Positions 9,388 through 18,930 of a stretch of DNA of 64,000 nucleotides are shown here, one piece after another. The first letter of the stretch is position 1. Each line of letters begins with the position of its first letter. Made by a program: the position numbers and the translations under genes. The stretch covers positions 342,786-406,785 of the forward strand of contig JAVBWI010000004.1 in NCBI GenBank assembly GCA_036677445.1, given 5' to 3'. The notes under the pieces are model-generated. The model saw only the letters and a list, made by a program, of their open reading frames with translations, ran no database searches and was not told the DNA's origin. The DNA comes from Clostridia bacterium. GTDB lineage: Bacteria > Bacillota > Clostridia > Christensenellales > CAG-138.

Positions 9388-10897
9388 CGTCTTCTCCTCC
9401 TATTGCCGTTTCCAGCAGTTTTTCCTGCGTAAATTCACATCTTTGCAGCTCGCCTTTCAATCGGCCCTCGTGCAGGACCACGATCCGGTCGGACATCGCA
9501 ATGACCTCAGGAAGCTCGGAGGAGACCATGATAAAGGCGATGCCCTGCCGGGAAAGATCGTTTATAAGGTTGTACAGCTCGCTCTTCGCGCCTACATCCA
9601 CGCCGCGGGTCGGTTCATTGAGTATGAGCACTTTGGGTTCGGCCGCCAGCCATTTGGCAACAACCACCTTCTGCTGGTTTCCGCCGGAGAGTGAATCCAC
9701 CGGCGTCTCCTTGCCAGGGGTCTTTATACCCAGGCGCTCTATCCATTGCGAAACCAGCCGGCTTTCCTTCTTAAAGTTCAGAAGCCTGATTCGGCTGCAT
9801 ATCTTTTGGATCACATTGGCGGAAATATTGACGCCTACCGAATGCAACAAAAACAATCCGGATCCCTTCCGGTCGGAGGGTACATAACCGATACCGTATT
9901 TTTTTGCATCTTTTGGGGAACGGATATCCGCAACCTGGCCGCAGATTTTAATAGTGCCGCTCTTGCGTTTCCTGGCGCCGAATATCATCTCCACCGTTTC
10001 CGTGCGCCCGGCGCCCATCAAGCCGAACAGGCCGACGATTTCGCCGCTGCGTACATGAAAGCTGATATCCTGCACATATTCCGACGAAAGCTTGTTCACT
10101 TCCAGAACGGTTTCGCCGATACATCTGCCATCGCGGCTGGGGTACATTTCCGTTATCTCCCGCCCGACCATCAGCGCAATAAGCTCCCGTTTGCAGGTCT
10201 CGACCGTACGCAGGGACTGGATGCTTTTGCCGTCGCGCATGACCTGCACTTTGTTGGATATTTCAAACACCTCGTCCAAACGGTGCGAGATATAAATAAT
10301 TGCGGTCCCTTCTTCTGCGAGCTGCTTGATGAGACTGAACAGTATGATGATTTCCTCCGCATTGAGCGCGGCGGTAGGCTCGTCCATCACGAGAATCTTC
10401 ATTTTTTTCGAGAGCGCTTTTGCGATCTCTACCATCTGCTTTTCCGCGATGGACAGCGACGATACCGGCGTAAAAGGATCATATCTGTTAAGGCCTACGC
10501 GCGCGAGCAAAACGGCCGTATTTTCCTTAAGTTTTTGGTAATCCACCAGTTTTCCGCCCGCTTTGTACGGCAGATTCCCCATGAAAATATTTTCCGCGAT
10601 GGTAAGGTGATCGGCGCTGTTCAGTTCCTGGTAGATTACGTTGACGCCCATGCGGATGGAATCCCGCGGGTCGGAAATAGAAACCTTTTTGCCTTCAAAA
10701 AAAATTTCGCCCTGATCCGCATGGTATGCGCCGGAAAGGATCTTGATCAGCGTGGATTTCCCCGCACCGTTTTCGCCCAGCAGCGCGAGTATATCTCCTT
10801 TTTCAAGTTCCAAATCAACATTCTGCAGCGCCTTTACCCCCGGAAACGATTTGTAGATTCCTTTCATCAGGAGCGCTTGCTCATTCGCCATGCTCAT
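9380..10897 (-). CDS. Sugar ABC transporter ATP-binding protein (duplicated ATPase, RbsA type)
   Basis: Two nucleotide-binding domains: Walker A GENGAGKST and GLMGAGRTE, signature LSGGNQQK, Walker B ILVMDEPT / VLILNEPT. Confidence 0.9.
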   Translation of the reverse strand: MSMANEQALLMKGIYKSFPGVKALQNVDLELEKGDILALLGENGAGKSTLIKILSGAYHADQGEIFFEGKKVSISDPRDSIRMGVNVIYQELNSADHLTIAENIFMGNLPYKAGGKLVDYQKLKENTAVLLARVGLNRYDPFTPVSSLSIAEKQMVEIAKALSKKMKILVMDEPTAALNAEEIIILFSLIKQLAEEGTAIIYISHRLDEVFEISNKVQVMRDGKSIQSLRTVETCKRELIALMVGREITEMYPSRDGRCIGETVLEVNKLSSEYVQDISFHVRSGEIVGLFGLMGAGRTETVEMIFGARKRKSGTIKICGQVADIRSPKDAKKYGIGYVPSDRKGSGLFLLHSVGVNISANVIQKICSRIRLLNFKKESRLVSQWIERLGIKTPGKETPVDSLSGGNQQKVVVAKWLAAEPKVLILNEPTRGVDVGAKSELYNLINDLSRQGIAFIMVSSELPEVIAMSDRIVVLHEGRLKGELQRCEFTQEKLLETAIGGEDDE

Positions 10898-11002
10898 TAT
10901 CCCGCCTTTCCTGAAAAGAACAAATAAGACTGTTCGCCGTACCGTAGGGGAATCGTGGTTCGTATGCGCAGTATTTGTGAAACTGCAAACGTTTTTTCAA
11001 TG

Positions 11003-11045
11003 GTACAGCACAGCATTCCGGTTTAAGTCAAATGCTGTGCTGTAC
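11003..11045 (-). promoter_or_regulatory. Intercistronic stem-loop between the binding-protein and ATPase genes
   Basis: 15-bp perfect stem GTACAGCACAGCATT (11003-11017) / AATGCTGTGCTGTAC (11031-11045). No T-run follows on the coding strand, so it is more likely an mRNA-stabilising or attenuating element than a full terminator. Confidence 0.5.
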
Positions 11046-11104
11046 AGTCTAACTTACCTTACGATACACGATAGTACCCATATCGTTCAATACGCATTGT
11101 GAAT

Positions 11105-12139
11105 TTAGCCGATATAATCCTTCACGTTGAAATGATCGATAACAAACGTTTGCGTGTTCAGCTCGTGCGGGATATTGTCGGTGCCGGTTTCGAGTATTTC
11201 CACCAGCGCGGGGATGGCGAGCGCGCCATAGCCTGCAAGGTTAAAGTTGACGGTACCCTTCCAGCAGCTGTCCGCCACCGTCGCGAGATGATCCAGCGCA
11301 AACGAATCGGCATTGTAGGAAACGATCACGCAATCGGCTTCACGGTCCATGGTCAGCGCCGCATTGTATGCGCCAAGGGCGCCCGCATCGTTGTTGGGAA
11401 GGATAAAGATTTTATGCGCGTCGGGATGCGCGGTCAGGAAATCGGTCACGATAGGCTTGGTATCGTCGGTCTGTCCGCTGTTGTCCTGCCAGATGATGTT
11501 GGCTTCTTCCGGCAGCAGCCCCTGTTCCTTCAGGTAATCCAGGCAACCGTCCAGCCTGGCCTTAACGCCTTCACCCGCAAAATACGGATACATGCAGAGG
11601 ATGTACTCGATTTCGCCGCCCCAGTTTTCCTTGACCCAATCGGTTACAAAAGCGCCGTTCACCTGGCCGGAGCCATAGTTATTGGCGCCTACGAGATGCG
11701 CGTAATCGTCGTACGCCACATCGCAGGTTACCAGCGGAATACCGCGCTCTTTGCATTGTGCAGAGGTGGTAAGGCCGACGTTGCCATCCCAGGTTGCGTC
11801 GATAATCGCATCCACTTCCTGTGTGAACATGTTCTGCAGCAGCGCGGCGGTCTTGGTGGCATCGCCGCCGTTTTCACCGATGACCAGTTCAATGCCGTTC
11901 TCTTCCGCAACCTTTTTCACGCCGTTCATGATCGTAATGGTTGCTTCGTCCACGCTCGAATACAGCATCAGGCCGAATTTGTAGGATTTCTCCGCCGGTG
12001 CTTCAGCCGCAGGGGCTTCGCTTTCGCCGGGCTGTTCGGCCGGCGTGCTTGCTGCAGGGCTGCTGGGAGCTGTGCAGGCTGTCATGGCGCTGATGGTCAA
12101 CAGTATTACAATCAACACACTCACAACGCGCTTCATCAT
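11105..12139 (-). CDS. Sugar ABC transporter substrate-binding lipoprotein (periplasmic-binding-protein type I)
   Basis: Signal peptide ending in a lipobox-like SAMTAC, then a Pro/Ala/Glu-rich linker and an RbsB-like body. Confidence 0.85.
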   Translation of the reverse strand: MMKRVVSVLIVILLTISAMTACTAPSSPAASTPAEQPGESEAPAAEAPAEKSYKFGLMLYSSVDEATITIMNGVKKVAEENGIELVIGENGGDATKTAALLQNMFTQEVDAIIDATWDGNVGLTTSAQCKERGIPLVTCDVAYDDYAHLVGANNYGSGQVNGAFVTDWVKENWGGEIEYILCMYPYFAGEGVKARLDGCLDYLKEQGLLPEEANIIWQDNSGQTDDTKPIVTDFLTAHPDAHKIFILPNNDAGALGAYNAALTMDREADCVIVSYNADSFALDHLATVADSCWKGTVNFNLAGYGALAIPALVEILETGTDNIPHELNTQTFVIDHFNVKDYIG

Positions 12140-12339
12140 GTACTTGTCCTCCTAATAATGTGTTTTATATTCGCCGGCCATCTGCCGGCAAATTGCATAC
12201 CATATTTTATAATAAACAGTAGTGTGAAGCCCTTTTGAACGCAATTATAAAACCCAGCACAACTATAAACACATATTAAACCATTAATAAGTAAATGTAA
12301 ATACTATTTATAGCATTTTATCGAAATAAATATAATGAA

Positions 12340-12377
12340 AAATAAATAAAAAAAGAAGCTCTCCATAGAGAAGCTTC
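12340..12377 (-). terminator. Intrinsic terminator of the DeoR regulator gene
   Basis: Minus strand reads GAAGCTTCTC-tatg-GAGAGCTTC followed by TTTTTTTTATTTATTTTT. Confidence 0.75.
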
Positions 12378-12406
12378 CGATACTTGCCACCTGTATTTAC
12401 AGGGTA

Positions 12407-13165
12407 TTATACCGTAACGACCTCAATAGGCACCGCACGCAAAGCGCTGATCTGCGCTTCATCCGCGGCGGAATCCGTGATGAGAAGATCCACATCCTTC
12501 GCGCTGCCCATCTGAATAAAGCTCACCATCCCTACCTTCGTATGATCGGCGACTACAATGACCTTCCTGGATTTGGACAGTATGGTCTGATTGATATCGC
12601 TCTCAAAGGGCGAGGAATTGGTAATGCCTTTTTGCGCATCGATACCGTCCACCGATAGAAAAAGCTTATCGATATTATACTCTTTGATTTGCTGAACCGC
12701 CTGCGCACCGTAAGTTGCGCCGATATTATGGCTGAACAGGCCACCTAAAAACAATATTTTTGCCTTGGGCAGACTGCGCAGCTCCTGCGCGATATAAATA
12801 GAGTTGGTAACCGCAATAAAGCTGATATCCGGGTCCACAAAGCGAGCGACCTGCTGCGTAGTGGTGCCCGCGTAGAACAGCACCGAATCGCCGGATTCTA
12901 TCAGGCCGGCGGCGTATTTGCCGATGCGTTCCTTCAGGTTGAGGTTCTTCTGATAATTATAGTTCAATTGAAAGCTGGAGTTTTCGCACTCGGCAACGAC
13001 CTTGCCGAACAACCGCCGGCATACGCCCTTGCGCTCAAGGTAAATCAAATCGTTGCGCAATGTTACGCTGGACACGTCAAAAAGCGAATTCAGCTCATTA
13101 ATGCTGATTTCGCGCCTTTCATTAATTAATTGCTGGAGCTTCGCCCTTCGCTGAGAAATATTCAT
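12407..13165 (-). CDS. DeoR/GlpR-family transcriptional regulator
   Basis: N-terminal winged HTH (RRAKLQQLINERREISINELNSLFDVSSVTLRNDLIYLE) plus a DeoR C-terminal sugar-phosphate sensor domain. I take the start at MNISQRR (13165) rather than the upstream in-frame ATG at 13213. Confidence 0.85.
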   Translation of the reverse strand: MNISQRRAKLQQLINERREISINELNSLFDVSSVTLRNDLIYLERKGVCRRLFGKVVAECENSSFQLNYNYQKNLNLKERIGKYAAGLIESGDSVLFYAGTTTQQVARFVDPDISFIAVTNSIYIAQELRSLPKAKILFLGGLFSHNIGATYGAQAVQQIKEYNIDKLFLSVDGIDAQKGITNSSPFESDINQTILSKSRKVIVVADHTKVGMVSFIQMGSAKDVDLLITDSAADEAQISALRAVPIEVVTV

Positions 13166-13316
13166 CTTCGCAGCCACACTTCCGGAGCGTCGGGTGGAGT
13201 TCCCCGCCCCCAAATAAATTCCTTATTTTATATAGTGCCATGACTGGCATGTAATGTCAATCCGGAATATTAAGAAATAACAAAATTGTAAGCGAAATAT
13301 AATGTCGCTCGAATCA

Positions 13317-13345
13317 TTGACATTGATAAAATCATGCTATAGAAT
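13317..13345 (+). promoter_or_regulatory. Candidate sigma-A promoter of the kinase operon
   Basis: TTGACA (13317-13322), 17 nt spacer, TAGAAT (13340-13345), inside an AT-rich divergent region. Confidence 0.45.
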
Positions 13346-13474
13346 ATAACCAAATTAATAAATAATAAATAACACATTCATAACATAAATATAATTTATA
13401 TGATGGTTGCAACATGGGCGCAATAGATATTTACCGGGAATTGCGCATGTGACCGGAAAAAGGAGGGAAAAGAA

Positions 13475-14872
13475 ATGGCGTCGATGGTATTGGCTTTGGA
13501 TATTGGCGCCAGCAACGGCCGCGGCATCGTGGGCCGGTATTCCGGCGGCATTCTGACTCTCGAAGAGATATATCGTTTTTCCAATAATTATACCCGTCTG
13601 CAAGGCGGCCTTTATTGGGACCACATGCATCTGTACCGGGAACTGCTCAATTGCCTTCGCGCGTGCAAAGAAAAGGGCTATACGCCGGACTGTATCGGCA
13701 TCGACGCCTGGTCGCAGGATTACGCGCTGGTCAATGCGGAAGGCCGGGTGATCGGGCAGCCCCGCTGTTATCACGACCCGGACGTAGCGGCGGACGCCGA
13801 CAGCGTGGATGCCATTCTGCCGCAGGATACGCTTTATTTCCACAACGGGCAGGCCAAGATATCCATTTCCACCTTGCGCCAATTGTATTACGATACCCGC
13901 CATAGCCGCGAAAGCTTGGCGCAAGCCAAATGGATGCTGTTCATTCCTTACCTTCTTTCCTATTTGTTATGCGGCGAAGCAGGGTATGATTTGACACTGC
14001 CCCCCATCGGCGAAGTCATGGATATCAACACCCGGCGTTTTAGCAAGCCCATCGCCGATCTGCTGGGCGTTGCGGATAAAATCCCCCCGTACCGCGAGTG
14101 CGGCAGCATTCTTGGATATACGGGCAGCTCCGTTTATGAAGAGACCGGTTACCGCGCGCTGCCCGTGGCCTGCGTAGGCGGGCACGACACCAGCTGCGCC
14201 GTCGGCGCAATCCCGCAGCCAAAAGACTTCCTGTTTGTCAGCAGCGGCACCTGGTCCATGTACGGCGCGGTGGTACAGCAGCCTGTTCTGACAGCGCAGG
14301 CACAGCGTTACCGACTGTGCAACAGCCCGCTGAGCGGGGGCAGGCTGTCCCTGCTTTCCGGAACGGTAGGAATGTTCGTGATACAGCAGTGCATGCTGGC
14401 GTGGCGGCGGGCAGGCACTCCGTTTACCTATGCGGATTTGACCGAATATGCGCTTACACATACGTCAAGCAGCAAATTCTCTTTTGACGATATCGATATG
14501 TCTTCGGCCGAAATGCCTTCGGAGGTAGCGCGTGCCCTGCAAAAAGCAGGTTTCCCCGCCCCCTCGACGCCGCAGGAGCTCTATGTCGCTTTTGCCAACA
14601 GTCTTGCTATGCGCACCGCAGAGGACCTGACCAATGCGGAACGCATCACCGGCAAAAGCTTCCCGGAAATTTACCTGGTCGGCGGAGGCTCGCAGGCTGC
14701 TGCGGTCAACAAGCGTATTGCGCAATACAGCGGAAAAGCGGTCGTGACAGGCCTCACCGAAGCGGCCGCAGCCGGGAACGCACTCTCGCAGCTGGTCGCC
14801 GTTGGCGCGGTAAAGGACTATGAAGAGGCTATGGAGGTAGCCGGACGGTCATTTCAGATGAAGCAGGTTTAA
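13475..14872 (+). CDS. FGGY-family carbohydrate kinase (rhamnulokinase-like)
   Basis: N-terminal LALDIGASNGRGIVG and C-terminal YLVGGGSQAAAVNKRIA motifs; the overall pattern resembles RhaB. Confidence 0.8.
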   Translation: MASMVLALDIGASNGRGIVGRYSGGILTLEEIYRFSNNYTRLQGGLYWDHMHLYRELLNCLRACKEKGYTPDCIGIDAWSQDYALVNAEGRVIGQPRCYHDPDVAADADSVDAILPQDTLYFHNGQAKISISTLRQLYYDTRHSRESLAQAKWMLFIPYLLSYLLCGEAGYDLTLPPIGEVMDINTRRFSKPIADLLGVADKIPPYRECGSILGYTGSSVYEETGYRALPVACVGGHDTSCAVGAIPQPKDFLFVSSGTWSMYGAVVQQPVLTAQAQRYRLCNSPLSGGRLSLLSGTVGMFVIQQCMLAWRRAGTPFTYADLTEYALTHTSSSKFSFDDIDMSSAEMPSEVARALQKAGFPAPSTPQELYVAFANSLAMRTAEDLTNAERITGKSFPEIYLVGGGSQAAAVNKRIAQYSGKAVVTGLTEAAAAGNALSQLVAVGAVKDYEEAMEVAGRSFQMKQV

Positions 14873-14964
14873 CAGCCACGGGTCTTGTCTTTGTGCTGGC
14901 AGGCAAAAGGCATGAGTGTAAGATATATGAACCAAAAATACGGCAAACCGGAGAGAAAAAAACG

Positions 14965-15774
14965 ATGAATTCAATTGCGTCAAAAATCGATTTCTACGAA
15001 AAGGCCATACAAAGCGCCGACGTATTTGACGTGGACGTTTGGTGGGACCCGGCGGCGAAGAGCGGCTTCCGGCTCTATCAAAGCTGGGCGGCGCAGTGGG
15101 AGGCATACCGGAAGTTCGGAATACGCAAAGGGCTCGTCACCAGCGGGACCGCCGCGCGTTACGACGCCTATGCGGGCAACGCCGCGCTTTCCGAACTGTT
15201 GGCGGGGCAGACTGATCTGCTTGGGTGCATGGTGCTCACGCCGGACATGTTCTTTTACGGCAAGGGAGAAAGGTACGTGGATGCGCTTGTCGCGCAGGGT
15301 TTTGCAGCGGCCAGGGTATTCCCTAAAAACTATATGCATTCCATGCAGCCTTTTGCCATAAACAGTCTGCTTTGTGTTCTGGAAGAAAGGCGCCTGCCGC
15401 TGCTGCTGTGGCACTCGCAGGTGGACTTTGCGGAAATGGACCGGATCTGCCGGGAGCACCCCGGGCTGAATATCGTCGTGGAAGGCCACGACATGAAGCT
15501 GCTCTACCATGCCCGGCAGTATACGGCGCTGCTGATGCAGCATCCGAATTTCTATATCGAAACGCATAATCTGGTACTGTTCCGGGAGCTGGAAACGCTT
15601 GCGGAACTGGCTGGCTGCGATAACCTGCTGTACGGATCCTATTTCCCTTACAACACGCCGCACCACTCGCTTTACCCTGTGACGACGGCCGGCATCACTC
15701 CCGAACAGCGCGAAGGCATATTGGGCGGCAACGCCCGCCGTATACTGCCCGGCGCGCGGAACGCTGCGAGGTAA
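14965..15774 (+). CDS. Amidohydrolase-2 family protein (metal-dependent TIM-barrel hydrolase)
   Basis: The start is taken at the ATG at 14965, after GGAGAG; the ORF track begins at an upstream GTG. The sequence is only weakly diagnostic (HSQVDF...EGHD...), so the family call is tentative. Confidence 0.55.
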   Translation: MNSIASKIDFYEKAIQSADVFDVDVWWDPAAKSGFRLYQSWAAQWEAYRKFGIRKGLVTSGTAARYDAYAGNAALSELLAGQTDLLGCMVLTPDMFFYGKGERYVDALVAQGFAAARVFPKNYMHSMQPFAINSLLCVLEERRLPLLLWHSQVDFAEMDRICREHPGLNIVVEGHDMKLLYHARQYTALLMQHPNFYIETHNLVLFRELETLAELAGCDNLLYGSYFPYNTPHHSLYPVTTAGITPEQREGILGGNARRILPGARNAAR

Positions 15775-15779
15775 CGAAC

Positions 15780-16571
15780 ATGATTATTGACACCCACATT
15801 CACCGGGGGCCCATGCCCAACCAATTTGTTTGCGATTACAGCCTGGAACGGCTGCTCAAAAGCATGGATGCGCTGGATATTTCCTTTGCCATAAGCTGCA
15901 ACACCTCCAGCCTGCTGCTGGAAGATTTTATTCTTGGCGCGGAACAGGCCGAAAGCGACTGCACGCAAAGCGGCGGCAGAATTAAAAGCTATTTCTATTA
16001 CCAACCCAAGTATGCGTCCGACTCCCTTGCCGTTATGAAAGCCTACCGGAACCACCCCGCTTTCTGCGGCATCAAAATCCACCCTTCCTGGGCATTTACT
16101 TCCGCAGACGACGAACTTTACCGCCCGGTTTGGGAATATGCAGAAGAGAATAATCTGCCCATCCTGTCCCATACGTGGGATGCCTCCAGCTATAACCCAA
16201 AGCAGATATTTTCCTTCCCTTCGCGGTTTGAGAAATATGTTCAGGAATATCCGGATGTGACGCTGATACTCGCGCACAGCGGCGGCCGCTACAACGGCAT
16301 TCTTGCGGCAGTAAAGCTTGGCGAGGCGTATCCGAATGTCTATTATGACACCGCCGGAGACATTTACGCCAACGGTTTTTTAGAGTATCTGGTGTCCCGT
16401 GTCGGTTCGCACCGGGTCATGTTCGGCAGCGACTATACCATGATGGACCAGCGCACCATGCTGGGCGTCGTGCTCGGCGCGGACCTTCCGGTTGCCGACA
16501 AGGAAAACATACTGTACAACACCGCGCAAAAAGTATTTGTAAATATTACACAGACAACAAGGGGGAAGTAA
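15780..16571 (+). CDS. Amidohydrolase-2 family protein (lactonase/decarboxylase-type TIM barrel)
   Basis: IIDTHIH at the N-terminus, ILAHSGG, and FGSDY near the C-terminus are typical amidohydrolase-2 ligand motifs. Confidence 0.75.
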   Translation: MIIDTHIHRGPMPNQFVCDYSLERLLKSMDALDISFAISCNTSSLLLEDFILGAEQAESDCTQSGGRIKSYFYYQPKYASDSLAVMKAYRNHPAFCGIKIHPSWAFTSADDELYRPVWEYAEENNLPILSHTWDASSYNPKQIFSFPSRFEKYVQEYPDVTLILAHSGGRYNGILAAVKLGEAYPNVYYDTAGDIYANGFLEYLVSRVGSHRVMFGSDYTMMDQRTMLGVVLGADLPVADKENILYNTAQKVFVNITQTTRGK

Positions 16572-16572
16572 T

Positions 16573-17706
16573 ATGTCCGGAACAGTCACGTTCGGAATCA
16601 TCGGCTGCGGTTTGATGGGCAAGGAATTTGCCGGAGCGGCGGGACGGTGGCCGCATTTGAACGACGCATGCCCAAGGCCCGAGATCATTGCCGTTTGCGA
16701 CGCCAGCCCTTCCGCGCTTACATGGTTTACGGATAGGGTGCAAAGCGTCAGGTATACCTATACCGATTACCAGGAATTGCTCAAAAACCCTGAAATCGAA
16801 GCAGTATACTGCGCTGTGCCCCACGCGCTGCACAAGCAGATCTACGTGGATATCATCGAATCCGGCAAGCACTTTATGGGCGAAAAGCCTTTTGGCATGG
16901 ACCAGGAGGCCAACACGGCGATACTTGCAGCCGCAGCGCGGCACCCGGAATCCGTGATCCGCTGCGCAAGCGAGTTCCCCTTTTACCCCGGTTGCCAAAT
17001 GCTGATTTCCCGGATCAAATCCGGTAAGCTCGGGCGAATCATGGAAGTCCGCGCAGGGCTCAACCACTCCAGCGACATGGACCCCGACAAGCCCATCAAC
17101 TGGAAGCGCGTGCTGCGCATGAATGGCGAGTACGGCTGTATGGGCGACCTTGGCCTGCACACCGAGCATGTGCCTTTCCGTATGGGCTGGATGCCTGAAA
17201 GCGTATGCGCCAAGCTTAGTAAATACATCGACCGACGTCCGGACGGAAAAGGCGGCTTCGCGCCCTGTGAAACCTGGGATAACGCCACGCTCGTCTGTGA
17301 CACAAGGGATGCGCAGGGCAATCTCTTCCCCATGTTTTTTGAAATGAAGCGAATGAAGCCGGGCGCCACCAACGAGTGGTATCTCGAGGCGCACGGCATG
17401 CAGTGCTCCGTCCGTTTCACTACCGACGACCCGAACAGCTTTTATTTTACGCAGACGCAGGGGGCCGAGCAGGCATGGTGCCGGCTGGCGGTCGGCAATA
17501 AGCCCCAATATTCCACGGTAACCGGGTCGATATTTGAATTTGGTTTTGCTGATTCCATCCTGCAGATGTGGGCTTCCTTCCTTAAGGAAATTGACGGGCA
17601 GGATCCCGGGTTCGGCTGTGTCCGCCCGGAAGAAACAGCCGTTTCCCACGCGCTGCATACAGCGGCATTACGCTCTCAAAAAGAACAGTCCGTCGTCAGG
17701 CTGTAG
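16573..17706 (+). CDS. Gfo/Idh/MocA-family NAD(P)-dependent oxidoreductase
   Basis: N-terminal Rossmann motif FGIIGCGLMGKEF, followed by the EKP motif (MGEKPF). Confidence 0.85.
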   Translation: MSGTVTFGIIGCGLMGKEFAGAAGRWPHLNDACPRPEIIAVCDASPSALTWFTDRVQSVRYTYTDYQELLKNPEIEAVYCAVPHALHKQIYVDIIESGKHFMGEKPFGMDQEANTAILAAAARHPESVIRCASEFPFYPGCQMLISRIKSGKLGRIMEVRAGLNHSSDMDPDKPINWKRVLRMNGEYGCMGDLGLHTEHVPFRMGWMPESVCAKLSKYIDRRPDGKGGFAPCETWDNATLVCDTRDAQGNLFPMFFEMKRMKPGATNEWYLEAHGMQCSVRFTTDDPNSFYFTQTQGAEQAWCRLAVGNKPQYSTVTGSIFEFGFADSILQMWASFLKEIDGQDPGFGCVRPEETAVSHALHTAALRSQKEQSVVRL

Positions 17707-17734
17707 ACGAATACGAACCACAAAGGAGTGTTTC

Positions 17735-18916
17735 ATGGATCCAAAGATTTCTATCGGAATAGACAATTGCTTTGCCATCAAGCGCTGGACCACGCCCGCC
17801 GAATGGACGCGCGTCATCAGGGATATGGGTCTTACGTACATCGAATGTGTGACGGATATCGACAACGAGCCTCTGTTGATGCCTGCGGAGTACATCCGGG
17901 ATTGGGCGGACGCCGTCAACGAAGCGCAGGCAAAGTACGGTACGCAGGTGGTCATGCTCTATTCCAATAATTCCACGTACGATACCACGGGTTTGGCGCA
18001 TCCGGATCCAAGGGTGCGCGCGCATATCATCCGGCATTGGTTCGGCAATTGCATGGATATGGCGGCCCAAATCGGCGCCAACCTCGGCTATTATGTGCAG
18101 GCGTTCCCCGAAGAAATTTTGTTTGACCGGCAGCGCTATGACATTGCCTCCGAACACATGCGCCAAAGCATGACGCTGATCAACAGCCTCGCGCAAGACA
18201 AAGGCATAGAAAAAGTAGCGCTCGAACAGATGTATACCCCGCATCAGATCCCCTTTTCCGTTACGGGCATGAAAGCCCTGATGGAGGATATTTTGCAGCA
18301 CAGCGGCAAGCCGCTGTATGTAACGGAGGATGTGGGCCACCACTGCCCTTATTATCTTGTGCCGACTGCCGCGCAGTTGCAAAGGGCATACGTGCGGTAC
18401 TGCGAGGATGGGTTTATTCCGGTCTGGCTGGGCAGCCGCGAGGCGCTCGCGCTGTTTACACGCGAACGGCGGCGGGACGGAAGGTTGGATACGGCTGACT
18501 TAAATGCGCTTATGGCGGATATTGCGCAAAACGGGCATCTGTTCAATGCGCCCGAGGACACCGACTGCTATTACTGGCTTGCACAGCTGGGCTGTTATTC
18601 GCCCGTTATCCACCTGCAGCAGACCGACGGCACCTATTCTTCTCACAAGGGGTTTACGCCGGAAAACAACGCGGCTGGTATCATCCACCCCGTTAAGGTG
18701 CTGCAGGCGCTGCAGAAAAGCTATGCCGCCCTGCCCGAAGCGGGCATGCCGCCGCGCTGTGAGCACCTGTATCTCATACTGGAGCTGTATATGAGCACGC
18801 GGGATATCGGCTACCAGGGGTTATACCAAATCGCGCAGAGCGTGGAATACCTGCGCCGGTTTATACCCAGAGACGGCATGCGGTTGAGCGAGCTGTTGAA
18901 ACTGAATCATTGTTGA
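17735..18916 (+). CDS. Xylose-isomerase-like TIM-barrel protein (sugar phosphate isomerase/epimerase family)
   Basis: The start is taken at the ATG at 17735, after AAGGAG; the upstream part of the 460-aa ORF overlaps the preceding gene. The N-terminus ISIGIDNCFAIKRW is typical of the family. Confidence 0.65.
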   Translation: MDPKISIGIDNCFAIKRWTTPAEWTRVIRDMGLTYIECVTDIDNEPLLMPAEYIRDWADAVNEAQAKYGTQVVMLYSNNSTYDTTGLAHPDPRVRAHIIRHWFGNCMDMAAQIGANLGYYVQAFPEEILFDRQRYDIASEHMRQSMTLINSLAQDKGIEKVALEQMYTPHQIPFSVTGMKALMEDILQHSGKPLYVTEDVGHHCPYYLVPTAAQLQRAYVRYCEDGFIPVWLGSREALALFTRERRRDGRLDTADLNALMADIAQNGHLFNAPEDTDCYYWLAQLGCYSPVIHLQQTDGTYSSHKGFTPENNAAGIIHPVKVLQALQKSYAALPEAGMPPRCEHLYLILELYMSTRDIGYQGLYQIAQSVEYLRRFIPRDGMRLSELLKLNHC

Positions 18917-18930
18917 CGGAGGTGTGTACC

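Noticed and set aside
9746-10927. 393-aa plus-strand ORF
   Set aside because: It is antisense to the ABC ATPase gene, whose Walker A/B and signature motifs are unambiguous. The plus-strand translation is low-complexity, Arg/Phe/His-rich, has no motif, and lacks an RBS. It is a typical shadow ORF in GC-rich DNA.
11099-12238. 379-aa plus-strand ORF
   Set aside because: It is antisense to the substrate-binding lipoprotein gene, which has a signal peptide and lipobox. The plus-strand product has no recognisable features.
16546-17658. 370-aa minus-strand ORF
   Set aside because: It is antisense to the Gfo/Idh/MocA oxidoreductase, which has a Rossmann motif at its N-terminus and operon-consistent spacing on the plus strand.
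17534-17734. N-terminal extensions in the ORF track. Examples: 17534 for the TIM-barrel gene, 33489 for ptsI, 38494 for the SIS gene, 30281 for rpoN, 60829 for the Spo0A-like gene, 39783 for the surface protein, 42902 for the FAD subunit.
   Set aside because: The extensions overlap upstream genes or lack an RBS, while an internal ATG preceded by a GGAGG-type RBS gives the family-typical N-terminus. The shorter starts are used.
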